A stretch of 64,000 nucleotides of DNA from an uncultured Piscirickettsiaceae bacterium (GTDB taxonomy: Bacteria; Pseudomonadota; Gammaproteobacteria; PS1; Pseudothioglobaceae). The position numbers and the translations under genes were made by a program. Location: NCBI GenBank assembly GCA_964515065.1, contig CAZESR010000002.1:3419-67418 (forward strand). The letters are read 5' to 3'. Numbering within the stretch: position 1 is the stretch's first letter; each line of letters starts with the position of its first letter. Below the pieces are notes generated by a model that was not told where the DNA came from, made no database searches, and saw only the letters and a list, made by a program, of their open reading frames with translations. Positions 63,028 through 64,000 of this stretch are shown here, piece after piece.

Positions 63028-63921
63028 TTAGGCGCGCCTCCTTCTTCTTCTTTCGCCTCTAGGATTATCGCCTTTAGCAGGCTCCTTGTAGGCTGATATC
63101 CAAGTAGCGCATCCTTCATCCACTCCGGTTAATACATCACCAGCTCGAATAGCTTGAACAAGCTCAGGATGCAAAGGATTGACAATTGCAGAGGTCATCC
63201 CTGCTGCAATTAGCATAGGCAAGAAAGCGTTATTAATTCCATTTCTTTGAGGCAAACCAAAACTTACATTTGAAGCACCACAAGTAGTATTCACCTTTAA
63301 CTCGCTTCTAAGCTTTCTGACCAATTCAAAAACTTGATTTCCAGCCTGAGAGATTGCGCCAATTGGCATCACTAGAGGATCAACGACTACATCTTCAGGC
63401 TTAATGCCATAGTCAGCAGCATGCTCTACGATTTTTTTAGCCACCTTGAAACGTTCGTTAGGATCTTCACTGATGCCAGTTTCATCATTAGAGATTGCAA
63501 CAACAGCGGCATCGTATTTTTTAACTAAAGGAAGTACACGTTCTAGCACCTCCGTTTCACCAGTAGTTGAGTTAACAAGGGCTCTACCTTGGTACGCATC
63601 TAAACCAGATTCAAGCGCCTCAATAATTGATGAATCAATTGAAATTGGAACGTCTACAACTGCCTGTACACGCCTTATAGACTCAGCTAAAATCGCCGGC
63701 TCATCAGCTAAAGGGATTCCAGCATTTACATCCAGCATTTGAGCACCCGCCTCTACCTGCGCTATTGCATCGGATACTACACGTGAATAATCCCCATCCT
63801 TCATTTCTGCGGCTAAAATTTTTCTACCAGTTGGGTTAATTCTTTCTCCAATCATCACAAATGGATGACCAAAACCGATAGTGACCTCTTTAGAGGCAGA
63901 TGATAATGTAGTTGTTGCCAA
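63028..63921 (-). CDS. Pterin-binding methyl-THF:corrinoid methyltransferase (stand-alone MetH folate domain)
   Basis: IGERINPTGRK, LDVNAG, IDSS, VDPLV, GASNVSFGLP. TTG start with AGGAG SD. Confidence 0.9.
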   Translation of the reverse strand: MATTTLSSASKEVTIGFGHPFVMIGERINPTGRKILAAEMKDGDYSRVVSDAIAQVEAGAQMLDVNAGIPLADEPAILAESIRRVQAVVDVPISIDSSIIEALESGLDAYQGRALVNSTTGETEVLERVLPLVKKYDAAVVAISNDETGISEDPNERFKVAKKIVEHAADYGIKPEDVVVDPLVMPIGAISQAGNQVFELVRKLRSELKVNTTCGASNVSFGLPQRNGINNAFLPMLIAAGMTSAIVNPLHPELVQAIRAGDVLTGVDEGCATWISAYKEPAKGDNPRGERRRRRRA

Positions 63922-63933
63922 TTTAATTGCTCC

Positions 63934-63961
63934 TATAATTAGTTATTTATAATTAGTTATT
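63934..63961. repeat. Perfect 14-bp tandem direct repeat (TATAATTAGTTATT)x2
   Basis: Read directly at 63934-63947 and 63948-63961. Confidence 0.85.
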
Positions 63962-64000
63962 TATTGCACTCTTAATCCACGTAGCATTCACATTGATACC

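Noticed and set aside
1880-63742. Numerous 60-130 aa ORFs overlapping or antisense to confident genes (e.g. 1880-2116, 7226-7504, 36130-36387, 55318-55713, 63446-63742)
   Set aside because: Shadow ORFs of well-supported CDSs, with no motifs or SD.
63953-64000. 3' end of an upstream minus-strand CDS
   Set aside because: Two frames are plausible (…WIKSAINN* or …CECYVD*); too short to call.

Overview
This 64 kb window is AT-rich, gene-dense bacterial chromosome with mostly minus-strand genes. Gene content and style suggest a streamlined marine gammaproteobacterium, probably SUP05/Thioglobaceae (Pseudothioglobus-like); this is inference, not a database result. Most of it is housekeeping: gltB, folA, mfd, ispH, accD, trpA, hemE, rpmE, glmU, an AddA-like helicase, argS, polA, dapD, ubiA, rluC, mnmG-rsmG, tkt-gap-pgk-pyk-fba and ppsA-ppsR. 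It also holds a Pit/ArsC/aquaporin cluster, a TauD/MetC pair, and a C1 cluster (corrinoid-dependent methylamine demethylation, Fhs, NAD-linked formate dehydrogenase). I saw no tRNA, rRNA, CRISPR array or mobile element. Three things stand out: (1) a ~400-nt intergenic region with about ten stem-loops between a small winged-HTH gene and a stand-alone MASE1-like membrane protein gene (11308-12611); (2) a tandem duplication of a complete transcription unit for a ~71-aa membrane protein with a structure-conserving 5' hairpin (35763-36546); (3) poly-arginine terminal tails on all three corrinoid-partner enzymes of the methyltransferase cluster.
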